A DNA stretch of 63,605 nucleotides, filler included, from Phoronis australis (lineage: Eukaryota > Animalia > Phoronida), in NCBI GenBank assembly GCA_002633005.1. It is 12 parts of 12 records of this genome, joined end to end, with 100 filler letters (N's around TTAATTAATTAA, not from the genome) between each part and the next. Parts side by side here need not be neighbours in the genome. Positions count along the whole stretch, not along the records: positions 1 to 3,638 come from NMRA01000885.1; positions 3,739 to 9,417 come from NMRA01002291.1; positions 9,518 to 12,518 come from NMRA01000224.1; 9 more parts are not named here. One strand, given 5' to 3'. Below are positions 1-12,002 of this stretch, one piece after another. Position 1 is the first letter of the stretch; each line of letters opens with the position of its first letter. The notes under the pieces were generated by a model. The model saw only the letters and a program-made list of their open reading frames with translations. It searched no databases and was not told where the DNA came from. The position numbers and the translations under genes are program-made.

Positions 1-1316
1 GAGAAGCGTTTTATAGACGACGATATTTTCACAAGATTATAAAAACCCTTTAAAAAAGCAACCTGTTATCGATCGGTATCCCTACAACCAATCGGATGCG
101 AAGCGTCCAGCTCGTGACTGACGATCTATGTACATGCAGCTAATTTCGTCTGGGGTAACGGGTGACATTTATCGTCATTTAGTTTTTCACACAAGAAACA
201 ACATGAAAAACAGTGGTACTGTAGCCATGTCCAGGTCACGAAGATCGTTGATTTGTCTTATACTTTGTTTATATCTTTAAACTCCAGAGATTTCCGAGTT
301 AGAGACTGCATAGAATACGTACATGTGTAGGAGCAGTGCTATATGAACCAAGTTTTAAGCAAAACTATGTAAAACAGAATTTACAGCAAATTTCGTCAAA
401 AATGTAATTTGCTAAATATCTAAGTGCGGAATGTAATGTCTTTTTTATGAAAGCGTAATAGTAAGCACCACAATACATCCAGCCCCTTTGGTACCTCTTG
501 GTTAAGTTCGGCCGCAAAAACACGCACGTACACGTAACTAGGCTCGAGGTACTAACCGAACACAAATTTCGAAATGGCATAATTGGAAAAATGCACTTGA
601 AAAGTCGTATTTGCAGCTACATATAAAAAGTGTTAGTCGATCACTTTGAAAAGCGAAAAGGCTCCCCACGGCCTACCTGCGCCTACGTCCCACTAAAGCA
701 CTGAGACTCGACCCAGTTTTTCAGCACCAAATCACACAAAACTGTTGAGTGCGCCACCACGTGTTCTTACAGATTGCAATCATTAGCTCAAAGTTGAGGC
801 AACACAACGCTTCGGTACTAGCAGAGCCAAGAAACAATACGGCCAGCAGACCAGTATTTCAAGCGTATTTCATGATATCTACAACCTTATTCACAAAAAT
901 TGGCCATTTTTACAATATTTAGTGTCTAGCAAAATACGTTATCTTTATTCTCGAGGAACTTCAAATACAAAATATATACTGCGTAGCTAGAAAAAAAAGA
1001 TTTAACAGAACCACCTTGGAACCGCACAACTGCGTGGATATTTGTTTACTACTTGTCCGAGGCCTAAGGTTAAAGGGCTTTCAATCAAATCGAATTTCCC
1101 TCCCGATACAGACCATCTTCGTATACCCTCAGTCCTTTCATTCACCAAGTCGCATAACATTGAGTCAACGAGGTGTACGCATAGTAGAATGGTGCCTGGG
1201 AAAACAAAGACAAAACGTAGTTTTGATCCTAAGGGACCTGTGCGTCTACAATGCATACGACCGTTGGCGTTCAGAACGAATGCTACCAGTATCCTCAGGC
1301 CTATGTGGTCATGAAC

Positions 1317-2301
1317 CAGTGGCGGATCTAGGATATCACAAGGGGGGGCCAACTTTTTGTCCGGCTGTAAACATTTGCGCAAACTGAACCACGATTGTAG
1401 ATGCGCATAGCACCACATGGGGGGTTTGCCCCCTCCCGCCCAGGAAATTTTTCTGTTTTGACCTCTAGAAATCAAGTATTTTCCTTGATTCCTGAAGTAT
1501 TAACCAAGAAAAAAAGGCAAAAAACACAGAGAACGTGTCAAACAGGAAAAACTGCAAGTACCAAAGACTCGAATTAACGACCTTGCGCATAGAGCGCGCG
1601 TGCGTTACCACTACACCACCACGATTTAGCTACTAATCTCATACTAAGAGACGTACTTGTTTATGGTCCACAGCGTTTGCGCGCGAAACCTACTTCTTTT
1701 TGTAATGCTTATTACACGTTTTGTGCCATCGATTCTTAACAAATTTGTCATATTTAANNNNNNNNNNNNNNNNNNNNNNNNNNNNNNNNNNNNNNNNNNN
1801 NNNNNNNNNNNNNNNNNNNNNNNNNNNNNNNNNNNNNNNNNNNNNNNNNNNNNNNNNNNNNNNNNNNNNNNNNNNNNNNNNNNNNNNNNNNNNNNNNNNN
1901 NNNNNNNNNNNNNNNNNNNNNNNNNNNNNNNNNNNNNNNNNNNNNNNNNNNNNNNNNNNNNNNNNNNNNNNNNNNNNNNNNNNNNNNNNNNNNNNNNNNN
2001 NNNNNNNNNNNNNNNNNNNNNNNNNNNNNNNNNNNNNNNNNNNNNNNNNNNNNNNNNNNNNNNNNNNNNNNNNNNNNNNNNNNNNNNNNNNNNNNNNNNN
2101 NNNNNNNNNNNNNNNNNNNNNNNNNNNNNNNNNNNNNNNNNNNNNNNNNNNNNNNNNNNNNNNNNNNNNNNNNNNNNNNNNNNNNNNNNNNNNNNNNNNN
2201 NNNNNNNNNNNNNNNNNNNNNNNNNNNNNNNNNNNNNNNNNNNNNNNNNNNNNNNNNNNNNNNNNNCGGGACCCCTGGGCCCCCCCCTAAATCCGCCTAT
2301 G
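1317..2301 (+). mobile_element. Non-autonomous DNA transposon (MITE, hAT-like termini) with 5-bp TSD, spanning an N gap
   Basis: Left end CAGTGGCGGAT at 1317, right end ATCCGCCTATG ending 2301; TGAAC flanks both sides (1312-1316, 2302-2306). Body is homologous to the inverted copy at ~32056-32432. Confidence 0.8.
1758..2266. other. Assembly gap (509 N) within a scaffold
   Basis: Run of N without the TTAATTAATTAA linker; lies inside the MITE whose matching TSDs sit on either side. Confidence 0.95.
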
Positions 2302-2549
2302 TGAACACAGCAAGTTGTGAAAAGAGAAATCATCAATCTAATTCAATTTATTTATTGACATTTCAATGTTTCGATCTCATGCTAACGACATGCTTTAACC
2401 ACCGATTTGATTTTTGTTCGTATCAGACTCCCAACACGCCACGTGTACAGCCTGTGTGTATAACAATGATGATCTGTGACCTATTTATAAAAGTACGCCA
2501 AGTAGGTCGCAAACAACAGTAGCAGTTAGCAGGGAACGGTACATTTTAA

Positions 2550-2850
2550 TGATAATTAAGTTAACTTCGCATTGCAAAATCAGTTGATATTGCGAGTGAA
2601 TGTTGAAATAGCTAACGCATTTAAGGCTTGTATAGGTGATGTGTACCGAAAACAAGTTTTCACCGAATAATTAACCGAAGACTTTGAGATTTTCACTGGA
2701 CCCAGTTTAATTGACTTTTTCTCGGTTTCGGCAAATCGACATTATTTGAATTAAGAACACGAGTTCTGAAAAACGACCCGGTGGATTTCGCTGAAACTTT
2801 CCAAACCTAATATTTAATCATCAGTCTCAAAAACGCTGTTAGGATTTTCG
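2550..2850 (+). repeat. Interspersed repeat, homologous in inverted orientation to ~46990-47300
   Basis: Shared blocks, e.g. attgcgagtgaatgttgaaatag vs reverse complement of ctatttcaacatttactcgcaat; gaacacgagttct vs agaactcgtgttc; ctgaaactttccaa vs ttggaaagattcag. Confidence 0.7.
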
Positions 2851-3638
2851 ATATAAAGGCCTATTTTTTGCGTAATGTAACAAAACCGAATACGACGTCC
2901 AATTTTACCAAAAATGCCTTACGTTTTCTGAGTTGATTTGTCATACAAAGCAAACGAAAAGACTAATCGAAAATTCCTAACATCCTGTTTGAGGTAACTG
3001 GTGAAGTTTTTTGTTTAAAAAGGGTTTTATTAAAATCGACCGAGGGGTTATTTTGGTATGAATGTACCTTTCTTAAAAGTGAAATTTCAGTTGATTTAAA
3101 AGGATTCTTACGTAAAATTAATAATGGTACATTAACACAAAATGTATTTTTATATTCCCTGATGTTTTTCTTTCGGAAAATATATACTTTTACTAGTTGA
3201 CATAGCTTAGTTATTGATATACGAGTTAAAATGGAGGCCAATAAATAAGGTTTGAGATAACCTTAACTGGTAAGGTCATCAGCCTCGATTACAGTTACGG
3301 AATCACTGGAAGCTGACATGAGGAAAAAGTGATTTCTAATAAAATCACGATGGATTTTGATAGTTTGAAAATCTGGTTTAAAGGGATAACTTCAAGTAGT
3401 CTCTGCTATTCAATAACATTGAAGATGCATTTTATCCCAAAACTGATAGTACACTGTATGTCTACAGATGATGTATTTTTACACAGCGACGTACATTATC
3501 TTTTTTGTCGGTGAGCCACTTATCGGTATTCGTCGCAATTTGGTTTCTCAAATGTCAGATTAATGATAGCGTTCGTAAAACTGAATGCAATTCTCAACAT
3601 ACGCGGAGATTTTTCTACCATATTGTTTGGTCATTGTT

Positions 3639-3738
3639 NNNNNNNNNNNNNNNNNNNNNNNNNNNNNNNNNNNNNNNNNNNNTTAATTAATTAANNNNNN
3701 NNNNNNNNNNNNNNNNNNNNNNNNNNNNNNNNNNNNNN
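3639..3738. other. Artificial contig linker (first of 11)
   Basis: 44 N + TTAATTAATTAA (stops in all six frames) + 44 N. Identical linkers at 9418-9517, 12519-12618, 15479-15578, 25648-25747, 32433-32532, 36410-36509, 39536-39635, 43305-43404, 57847-57946, 61466-61565. Confidence 0.98.
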
Positions 3739-3844
3739 ACAGGAATACTGATAATGGTGATTTTTTCAGCAGGCTTGCTGGGGCAAGCATTTGTAGTTTC
3801 AAACGACTGCCTTAAATTCTAAGCAATTTGGTCATTGTTAGAAC

Positions 3845-4244
3845 AGGGCCGTCCCGGGTTACACTGCAATAGAACTCTCCTTTGTCCCGGAGATTAGAAA
3901 GCACTGACCATCGTTTTGGAAGTCAAGCACATTTTCGTTTCTCTTGTTGATGTAGGGATTGCGAAGAATTTCAGACCATGCATCCACGGGTATTTGTCCA
4001 ATTTATCAAACTTTCTCACGTCGGAGTTGCTGACCACAGCACAGCAGTAATATTTCATTGGCTTTGGAAGGGTGCATAGAGTAGTGCAAGTGAGAAAATC
4101 TTGTAAAGAATGAGACAACAACAAATAACATTTGAAACTCTAATGGCACAAAAACGAGGTAGCAAATGTGCTTGGCAGATGTTTACCACATTGTGGGTAA
4201 GTACAGCGAGATTTGAGTGTCGTTGTTTAATCTGGGACGGCCCT
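3845..4244 (-). mobile_element. Internally deleted PIF/Harbinger-like DNA transposon with THAP N-terminal remnant
   Basis: Inverted termini AGGGCCGTCCC (3845-3855) and GGGACGGCCCT (4234-4244). Minus-strand frame from ATG 4058 reads MKYYCCAVVSNSDVRKFDKLDKYPWMHGLKFFAIP, resembling a THAP start. Homologous copy at ~26103-26618. Confidence 0.7.
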
Positions 4245-5078
4245 AATGCCTTTTCATTTTCCAGCAACTCCTAACATTGTTGTCAATACCTGTTCTTTTT
4301 CAAAACATGCTACAGAATGTGAAAATGGTAAATCGTTATTTAGGTGCTATTCATGAAAAAATGTGAAAATAAACTATTATTATGTGATGTGTCCTAAATC
4401 GGTAAGGTTTTATTGTAATTCTGTTTAGGTTCAAAAACATTTCAGTACAAACCCGGAGGAAGGCTACACAATAAGATTGTCTTTTCTAGAAAGTTAATGT
4501 GCCTGGTGTATATCTGGAAATATTCAAACTAAATGGTGACCCCTTTTGCAAAAATGGATTGTTTTAAAAGACAATTCCTAGCAATGATTAAAATGCGTCA
4601 TAGTAAATTGTAATATATTATTTGCTAATAATCCTCAACATAAGTTTTACCTGGAACTGTTTGTCACTTGACAGTATAATTCTCAGGAAGCATCAGCCTT
4701 CATGTTGCACGTTACACTGCTAATCACTGAATGAACTATGTTTTTTATTTATTATTTATTATTTATTATTTATTATAGTGGCATAAGGGTGGCAGTGAAT
4801 AACAAGTACATAATCTCAAATACAGAATATTCACACCCCCCAGCTTCAATGGGATTACTCAGTCACCTTATAACAATTAAACCATTACATAATATGATGT
4901 AACTACATGTACCAAGACAGTCACTCACAACTAATTGATTATGAATGACCACAGGAAGGATAAAGCTCCCAGAACATCACATCTCAGAAATGACTGATCA
5001 GTCAATATGATTTAAGCAATGTTGTCCAAAATTCCATTAGAGTACGTGTGACATCAAGCCTTCATTCTGTATTTCTAG

Positions 5079-5584
5079 GTGATACAGGTACTCTGTTAAT
5101 AGTCTTGGTGAGTTCGGCGACTATCTTGCTGTTTTTCGCCATTGGTGTTCTCGTGGTATTGCTATGCCGTTGGCTTGGCACTCGCTCGAAACTTCCTCCC
5201 TCTCCCACCTGTATCCGAAACCTAAGTCACAGTCCTACCTTGGGGAGGCGCTCCAGTCTACCACCAAAGTTCACTTCGTTTGATAGCGGGTTCAATTTTC
5301 CCGATTTAAGAGATGATTGTCCTGCTACTAGTGCAACATTTCCGCGTGTGGTTGCAAAGAAAATATTGAAGAAAAGGAGGGAAGGAGACGTGGTGATCAG
5401 GAATGAGTTTGTTTCCAGAAGTCCCGACGATTTAACATTGCTTTCGAGGGAGCACCAGAAACGACCGACGACACTACCTGTAGTGAGGTTCACAGACGTG
5501 TCATACAAGTTTGACATGCGAGTACATTATAAGGTGGATCATAAAGTGGAAAAAGTGACAAAGAAATTGGCAACAGATGTTTAG
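5079..5584 (+). CDS. Probable terminal coding exon of a single-pass membrane protein (TM helix + Ser/Pro-rich tail)
   Basis: Acceptor ttctgtatttctag| before 5079; hydrophobic stretch LLIVLVSSATILLFFAIGVLVVLLC followed by RW and a protein-like tail (RRSSLPP) to TAG at 5582-5584. Family not recognised. Confidence 0.65.
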
Positions 5585-8500
5585 GCCAAATAACCTATAG
5601 TTTATTGTTGCATTCTGTGGGCCACATTTCATGCTAGATCACGCAAAATTACGTAGGTGAAAGGGGAGTGTTTTGCGAATACGCTCGAGACCTGTATAGC
5701 CTAACCTAACAAAATGGCGGCCACGGAAGTGGTTGGTTAGTCAGTTTGGAAGGTTGAGTTATAGCATAGAATTCAGGAATTATGGGACATGTTCATTTTT
5801 TCCGTTCCTTAAGTGTATACGGTCTGCTGCAAGTACATGGCCAATGCCTTGGGTCTACAGAACCCAACCCAGATCTGCAGGCAACTAATTTTGAAGCCTG
5901 CATCTTGCTACTTAAAGAAGAAAGCACCCATCCGAATCAGTTTCAAATCGACACAAGCACGCCGTGGCAATGGTGCCACTGCATAACTGAAGCCAATTTG
6001 AAATGAGAAGAAAAAACATTATGGGATGGATTTTTTGGAAAATGGACGACTATAAAATAAATCACACCTTCGCATCAATTTTCAAATAGTCACTCACTAG
6101 AGAACCAACTTAGGGTGTTCTGGCCTAATAAGGAAGTGCTGGGTCGCGTGTTACATGCTATAGGACAAGTTGCTGACATCAGACAGACGGGCCACTCTAT
6201 GGCTAATACTGAGTCAACTTAAGTTGGGAAATAGTCGCGTCATAGCAGCAGCCACAGGCACACATCAACCAATCAAAGTTATCGTCTGTTCCTGATTGAG
6301 TGTCAATTGACCTGTATCTACTAGACTGCCTGTTTATAGAATATGGTGCTCAGCTGGTGAGCTGTGTTTAGGTCTGAGGAACTTTTGTCCATCATGTATG
6401 TGGCTTTTCAAGTCATAATTTAAGGATGCTTGAGCCTATCCCTGTGAAACCTTGAACGAATTCTTATGCACACTTGTATACATGTGTGGGTGCATATTAA
6501 TGTCATCTCTGTCCTTGCATTCTTGCAGGATTTTTATGAATTTTGTCATATGTGTTCCTATGGAGCTTCACCACGGATGACAAGTTTCAAACTGATCCAA
6601 CTACCGTGGTGTCAAATTATATTATCAAATTTGACAAAAAGTTTATTGATGGGATGACAAAACTTTTCCAATTCTGAATGGCTTTGACGTACTTTGCCGT
6701 ACCACCTAAGGACCATTTTTGTTATGTTTGAGTCTGTTTTGGCGTCCACCGTTTTGCCCATCAAACTCCTCGGAGAATCAGTATAAAATTTGGCATACCC
6801 CTACATAATCTTACAAGTTGGTCAACCAGAGTTTGGTGAATGTGGCTCTTAAAATTCAAATTAAAAACCAGCGTTTCCCTGTGGTATCCATCAAAACAAA
6901 TCAAGATCTCCCATATGGTACAAAAAATCCCACCCGTCCTTCCATTCTCTAACCACAGTCGCTTATCAGTTTTTTCTGGGGAGTGATTAATTTTTCTACA
7001 ACCATAATTAGAGAATGCAAAAGTACGCGACTGGGGATTTTTGCAACCGTATTAAAGATCACGATTCGTTTTTTTGTATATCATACGAAAAGTTGCTTTT
7101 GACTCAAATTTGTCATGTCTTATTCGCTAAACTCGGGTCCAGTAAATTTTAAAGCACATTGACCAACTTCGTTACTAGGAATATGTAAGCATATGAAATT
7201 ACCTATTATTGTTTAGATCTTTTAATTATCACAGAATATTATGTACAAGGTGACATTTTTTCCTAAAAATGGTAACTGTCATTTTTCATGAAGATCTACT
7301 TCACAGTGGGTACTAATGTGCCTAACTGGTGGGCGTAACATACAACCATCGACAGGTATTACAAAAATTTCGAAAGTTCCTTGAAATATATCCACATAAT
7401 CAATCACCACCCCAGCTCCAATATAATACTAAAATTACGCATCTAAGACAAATGGTAACAAATATATGTTTTAACACTAGGCCAACAGAAAAAAAATGTC
7501 ACCTTCTTTATTGTCATTAAAACTTTTCCTCCTCAACCAAATTGCATAATAGTCCTGTCATTAGGAAACATGTCAGCAGTTCTAGATGGTGTATATGAGA
7601 AGCATGAGATTAATAATTTTCTTCATAAATAGTTATTATTTTGCATACTTGACAAATATTTGTTATTTCTGAAAACCAGGAGTGCTTACCAAAATGCGAA
7701 AAATAACAGTGTTACGATGAAACCCTTCATACAATAATTGGCTGATTAATTAACTAAATAGTCAACTAATTAAGCGTAGTGTCAATTAACTTGGGATGTA
7801 AGAGTAATATCATAAAGGAAATGAACCAGAGAGATTATATAAATGACTTCTTAATCCAGCAGGGAAATAGTTTCAATGATTCAAAAGATTGCTACCCTGT
7901 AAAAAACAAAGATTTTAGAACTTGGATCTCTTACAGTTCGTGTGCAGAATTTAAACAGGCATTTGCCCAAAATTATAGATCTTTATGTATTAATTGGCCC
8001 TTTGGTGCAGTTTTGATAAATTACAGTCTTTAGTAAAAATCCGGATGCAGTGTCACAATGTTGTGTGTATTTGTCTTACAGTTAGAGAATGGGCCTGTAT
8101 AAAAATTACCTTGTCTTTTTGGCACATAATTAGGCATGACCCTCTGGTTTTAGAAACTAATCAGAGCAAAAGCCTTGGCAAGTTTTGAAGTGCTAATTGT
8201 ATAGCATTGTGTAATAACTATTAGGCTCATTCAATTTGTAATTTAAAGAACCGTTTTTATTTAAATGATACCCCTTAGTTCCTTAGTGTTAAATGTTAAG
8301 ACTCCATTTGGGCAGAGTCGGTGAAAAGTCTTATGAAGTCTCAGACATAATTTACTTCGTCTACACTCTGAGACTGTCAAGTGAAACACCCCCTCCCCCC
8401 TGGTCCAACACACCAGCGTAAACTCTCCACAACAACAGCAATGTCAAAGAAGAACTCTGAAGAGGGCTTTATGCAGTTTACAATGGCACAAAAACTAATA

Positions 8501-9517
8501 TCAAAGGTCTATTACAGAGCTCTACCATATCAATGATGGCACTGCAGTAAAGCAGACCTTGGCAATGATGTTAAAGCCAGTATAAACCATATCTGTGTTA
8601 AGAGACTTCAAGTTTCTTTGCAGGGGTCTTGTTCTTTCAAAACAATGTTGTTGCGTTTTACAGTCTCTGCTACTCACAGTTTGCCAAAGGTTTGCGCGGC
8701 ACCCAGTCATCTATGATTTCTGATTTTCAGGCTCTGGGTCGTCATACTTAACCCTTCCGGTCATTGCCAATTTTGCTCCACTCCCCTCATAAAATGTCCT
8801 GCTTACGTCTAATTTTTTAGAAACAAAAATTACAAAAGTTTTGCAAAAATCATTTAATGAACGTTGCTGTTTGATGACCGTATAGATTTTCAAAATGTCA
8901 GTCTTCATCAAAATTCATTGAAGCTTTAATTTCCTAGAAGAATAATTTATAAATATCAAAAAAAGCATTCATGGATCAGTCGATTTCCGTAGGTACATAA
9001 ATTGTGAATTAGAAAGCAACAAACCCTTGTAGGTTACACTTGGCGCCAGTGTTGAGCCTTCACACATTCACGCACGCACACACGCACGTGTGCTTGTGTA
9101 AGGTGCAAAGTGACTACCTCGGTATGGATGCAAAGCTTCCAACTTACTACCTGATTTCCAAGTGACTACCTGACCCAAGTAGTCACTTGGAATAGCTAAT
9201 AGAAACTACTTATTGAGGCTGTGGGATGTCATGGAAATGTTTTTTACCAATGGTGTCACTTCCAGATGCCTGATTTCGTGTGAATCACTCATGCAGCTCC
9301 ACTGGCCACACTTGCGACTTGGCATCAAGTGAGGTACTTATGAGGAAGTGTGTGAGTGTGTTGTTCACCTTGGGGTGGTTAAAGGTATCAGATATCATTG
9401 CTTGAGGTGCTGTTGAANNNNNNNNNNNNNNNNNNNNNNNNNNNNNNNNNNNNNNNNNNNNTTAATTAATTAANNNNNNNNNNNNNNNNNNNNNNNNNNN
9501 NNNNNNNNNNNNNNNNN

Positions 9518-10101
9518 GGTGTATGAAAGAAATAATACAATTAGTAGTTAAACTATAAGACTTGCTTCGGTGTATGAAAGAAATAATACAATTAGTAGTT
9601 AAACTATAAGACTTGCTTCGGTGTATGAAAGAAATAATACAATTAGTAGTTAAACTATAAGACTTGCTTCGGTGTATGAAAGAAATAATACAATTAGTAG
9701 TTAAACTATAGGACTTGCTTCGGTGTATGAAAGAAATAATACAATTAGTAGTTAAACTATAAGACTTGCTTCGGTGTATGAAAGAAATAATACAATTAGT
9801 AGTTAAACTATAAGACTTGCTTTGGTGTATGAAAGAAATAATACAATTAGTAGTTAAACTATAAGACTTGCTTCGGTGTATGAAAGAAATAATACAATTA
9901 GTAGTTACACTATAGGACTTGCTTCGGTGTATGAAAGAAATAATACAATTAGTAGTTAAACTATAGGACTTGCTTCGGTGTATGAAAGAAATAATACAAT
10001 TAGTAGTTACACTATAAGACTTGCTTCTGTGTATGAAAGAAATAATACAATTAGTAGTTAAACTATAGGACTTGCTTCAGTGTATGAAAGAAATAATACA
10101 A
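9518..10101. repeat. Minisatellite, 51-bp unit, 11 full copies plus a partial
   Basis: Unit ggtgtatgaaagaaataatacaattagtagttaaactataagacttgcttc starts at 9518, 9569, 9620 ... 10079 with few substitutions and no spacers; truncated by the contig start. Confidence 0.97.
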
Positions 10102-10624
10102 CAGAGCCGTCTCATCTTCTTCATTTTTAGTGTACTTTAATTAACAGCAGGTTTCACTTGTTTTAATTAGTGGTTATTCTATAATAAATTAATTACTGGA
10201 TTTAATCATTCTCTCTCCATCCAGGCACAATCACAAAGCATAGCTAACATTTAAACTAAACCTACACTCAACTTCAGGCACAATGAAAAGCAGAGACATG
10301 CTAGAACAGTTAATACGGTGACTGATATGCAAAACAAGTGAGAACACGCACCAGCGCGAAGTACAAAGTACGCATCGTCACAAGTGAAATCCTTACGCTC
10401 TTCACAAAACCGCTGTCATGCTCGGCAAGAACTGCAAACACACACAGACACACCACAAGGTTTATGTTCTGCACTTAACTTGTGTGTGAAGAGTCTTTTG
10501 CGAATGTTAAGAAATGCTGCAGTGCATGACACGAGCTTGGATGGGAGTGGTTAATGTTCTGCAACTTGTGTTAAGGGTTCTTCTCTGTGGTAAGTGCGCT
10601 CGTGTTAAGGGTACCCTGGCTTAC

Positions 10625-10714
10625 CTTCTACCAACAGGTGCAAATGACAAGCCGTGCCCTGTCTTACACACTACGTTGTGAGGAAACTTGTTTTTAGCTA
10701 CTTCACACACTGAC
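10625..10714 (-). CDS. FBH1: F-box DNA helicase 1 (UvrD-like), third visible exon
   Basis: tttcag|...AG|gtaagc; encodes (K)SVCEVAKNKFPHNVVCKTGHGLSFAPVGR, matching the FBH1 region after motif Ia; phase matches the preceding exon. Confidence 0.88.
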
Positions 10715-11517
10715 CTGAAATAAGACAAATATCAAATTGAATGCAACGTAAATTTATAGCAGTGAGGATCTTACGAGTCCATCTATAAGAACAAATATTA
10801 CATTAATGTTTGCAAACATTTATGAGACAGTCTGATCCATACGCTGCCTATTGACTACACAATGTGACCTAGTGAATGCAAGTCTGAAGGGATTTCTGCC
10901 CCATCCGGGAAACTTCCGCAAACTATGCAGACACTCTAGTCCACTGAGCCATTGGGACCATATTGGGCCATGTGATGTGGTCAACAGGTGACGTGCCAAA
11001 CAGATTTATAAATGTTTGCAATCTATATTTCCTCGCCAGTTCAAAATTTACATAATTATTTGCACTACAACAACGCATCATATATATGTAGTCGTGGCAA
11101 ATATTAAGAGCAAGGCAAACATTCCACCACTCTTAATCTTTAGAATCCACCTCACAGGGACAATACACCACTTAATTTCAAGAAACATTACTCGTGCGTT
11201 TTAGATTCACAACCAACAGTCACTCTTTGACTAAACCCATATAACACAACCTATTGCTCGTAGACTAAACCCCACATAACACAACCTATTGCTCGTAGAC
11301 TACGTTTGCAAAATACGCCATCCAAATGTCGATTTCATTTTCATGAGCTTTCTATCATTCATCATATTTCAACAGTAGATTGCATTGCTGGCACAGGAGT
11401 TCACCTGGTCTACGAGATAAGGCCATGTAAGAAGACCAAGCTAACCCGGACCGGTGGCTTACTTGGTCTACAACACAACTAAAAGGTACTAAGAGAAGTC
11501 TCTGACAAGCTGCTCAC

Positions 11518-11596
11518 TTGTTGTACATGACTAGTAGGAACTTCTTGGCTGGTCTCATCTGAGTGTAGCGGATCAGTGTAGTCGTCTTACCAGTGC
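11518..11596 (-). CDS. FBH1: F-box DNA helicase 1, Walker A exon
   Basis: ttgttgcag|...AA|gtgagc; encodes (G)TGKTTTLIRYTQMRPAKKFLLVMYN(K), i.e. SF1 helicase motifs I and Ia. Confidence 0.9.
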
Positions 11597-11907
11597 CTGC
11601 AACAAGTCCTAGCTATTAACTTCCTAGCATAAAAACCACCACAAAGCCCAGCGTCTTGTTTAAAATGCTTAAAGCCTAACACTGCTTAAATTGCAATTTT
11701 TGGCGCAAATTAACCTTTAGAAGAATTACTTCAACTGTTCAATTTCCAGTTATGAATTTTCATGAATCACACTTTTTGGATGAACCGAGTTCTTTCTCTT
11801 AAGAAAAGTTTTGAAGTAAAAGTTCTATTGTGATAGAAATATCGAGACATAATGATTGTTCAAAATAAAATAGGAGACAACTCCAAATAATAGACCGGAA
11901 AGTTCAC

Positions 11908-12002
11908 CTGCAAATGCCACGATCTTGACGACATCATCAAGCCCCCCTCTGTGATTCACAATTCTCATCTGCTCATGGGTCATTTGGAGCTTACTGGATT
12001 CA
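11908..12002 (-). CDS. FBH1: F-box DNA helicase 1, Q-motif exon
   Basis: ttccgttccag|...G|gtgaac; encodes ESSKLQMTHEQMRIVNHRGGLDDVVKIVAFA(G), matching the FBH1 pattern LTHEQ...VVKIMAFAGTGKT. Confidence 0.9.

Noticed and set aside
1566-1620. Functional tRNA gene
   Set aside because: Only A/B-box-like segments; no acceptor stem or complete cloverleaf, and it is embedded in a MITE.
1644-2336. Long ORFs in the ORF track
   Set aside because: They consist almost entirely of translated N; artefacts of the gap.
3683-3694. Recurrent TTAATTAATTAA palindrome as a biological motif
   Set aside because: Always centred in exactly 44 N + 44 N; a synthetic six-frame stop linker.
9518-10101. Possible CRISPR array
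   Set aside because: The whole 51-bp unit repeats head to tail with no unique spacers, no cas genes, and it lies beside spliced eukaryotic exons.
11229-11302. Short tandem duplications (also 13721-13769 and 31669-31708)
   Set aside because: Two-copy slippage-type duplications in non-coding DNA with no sign of function.
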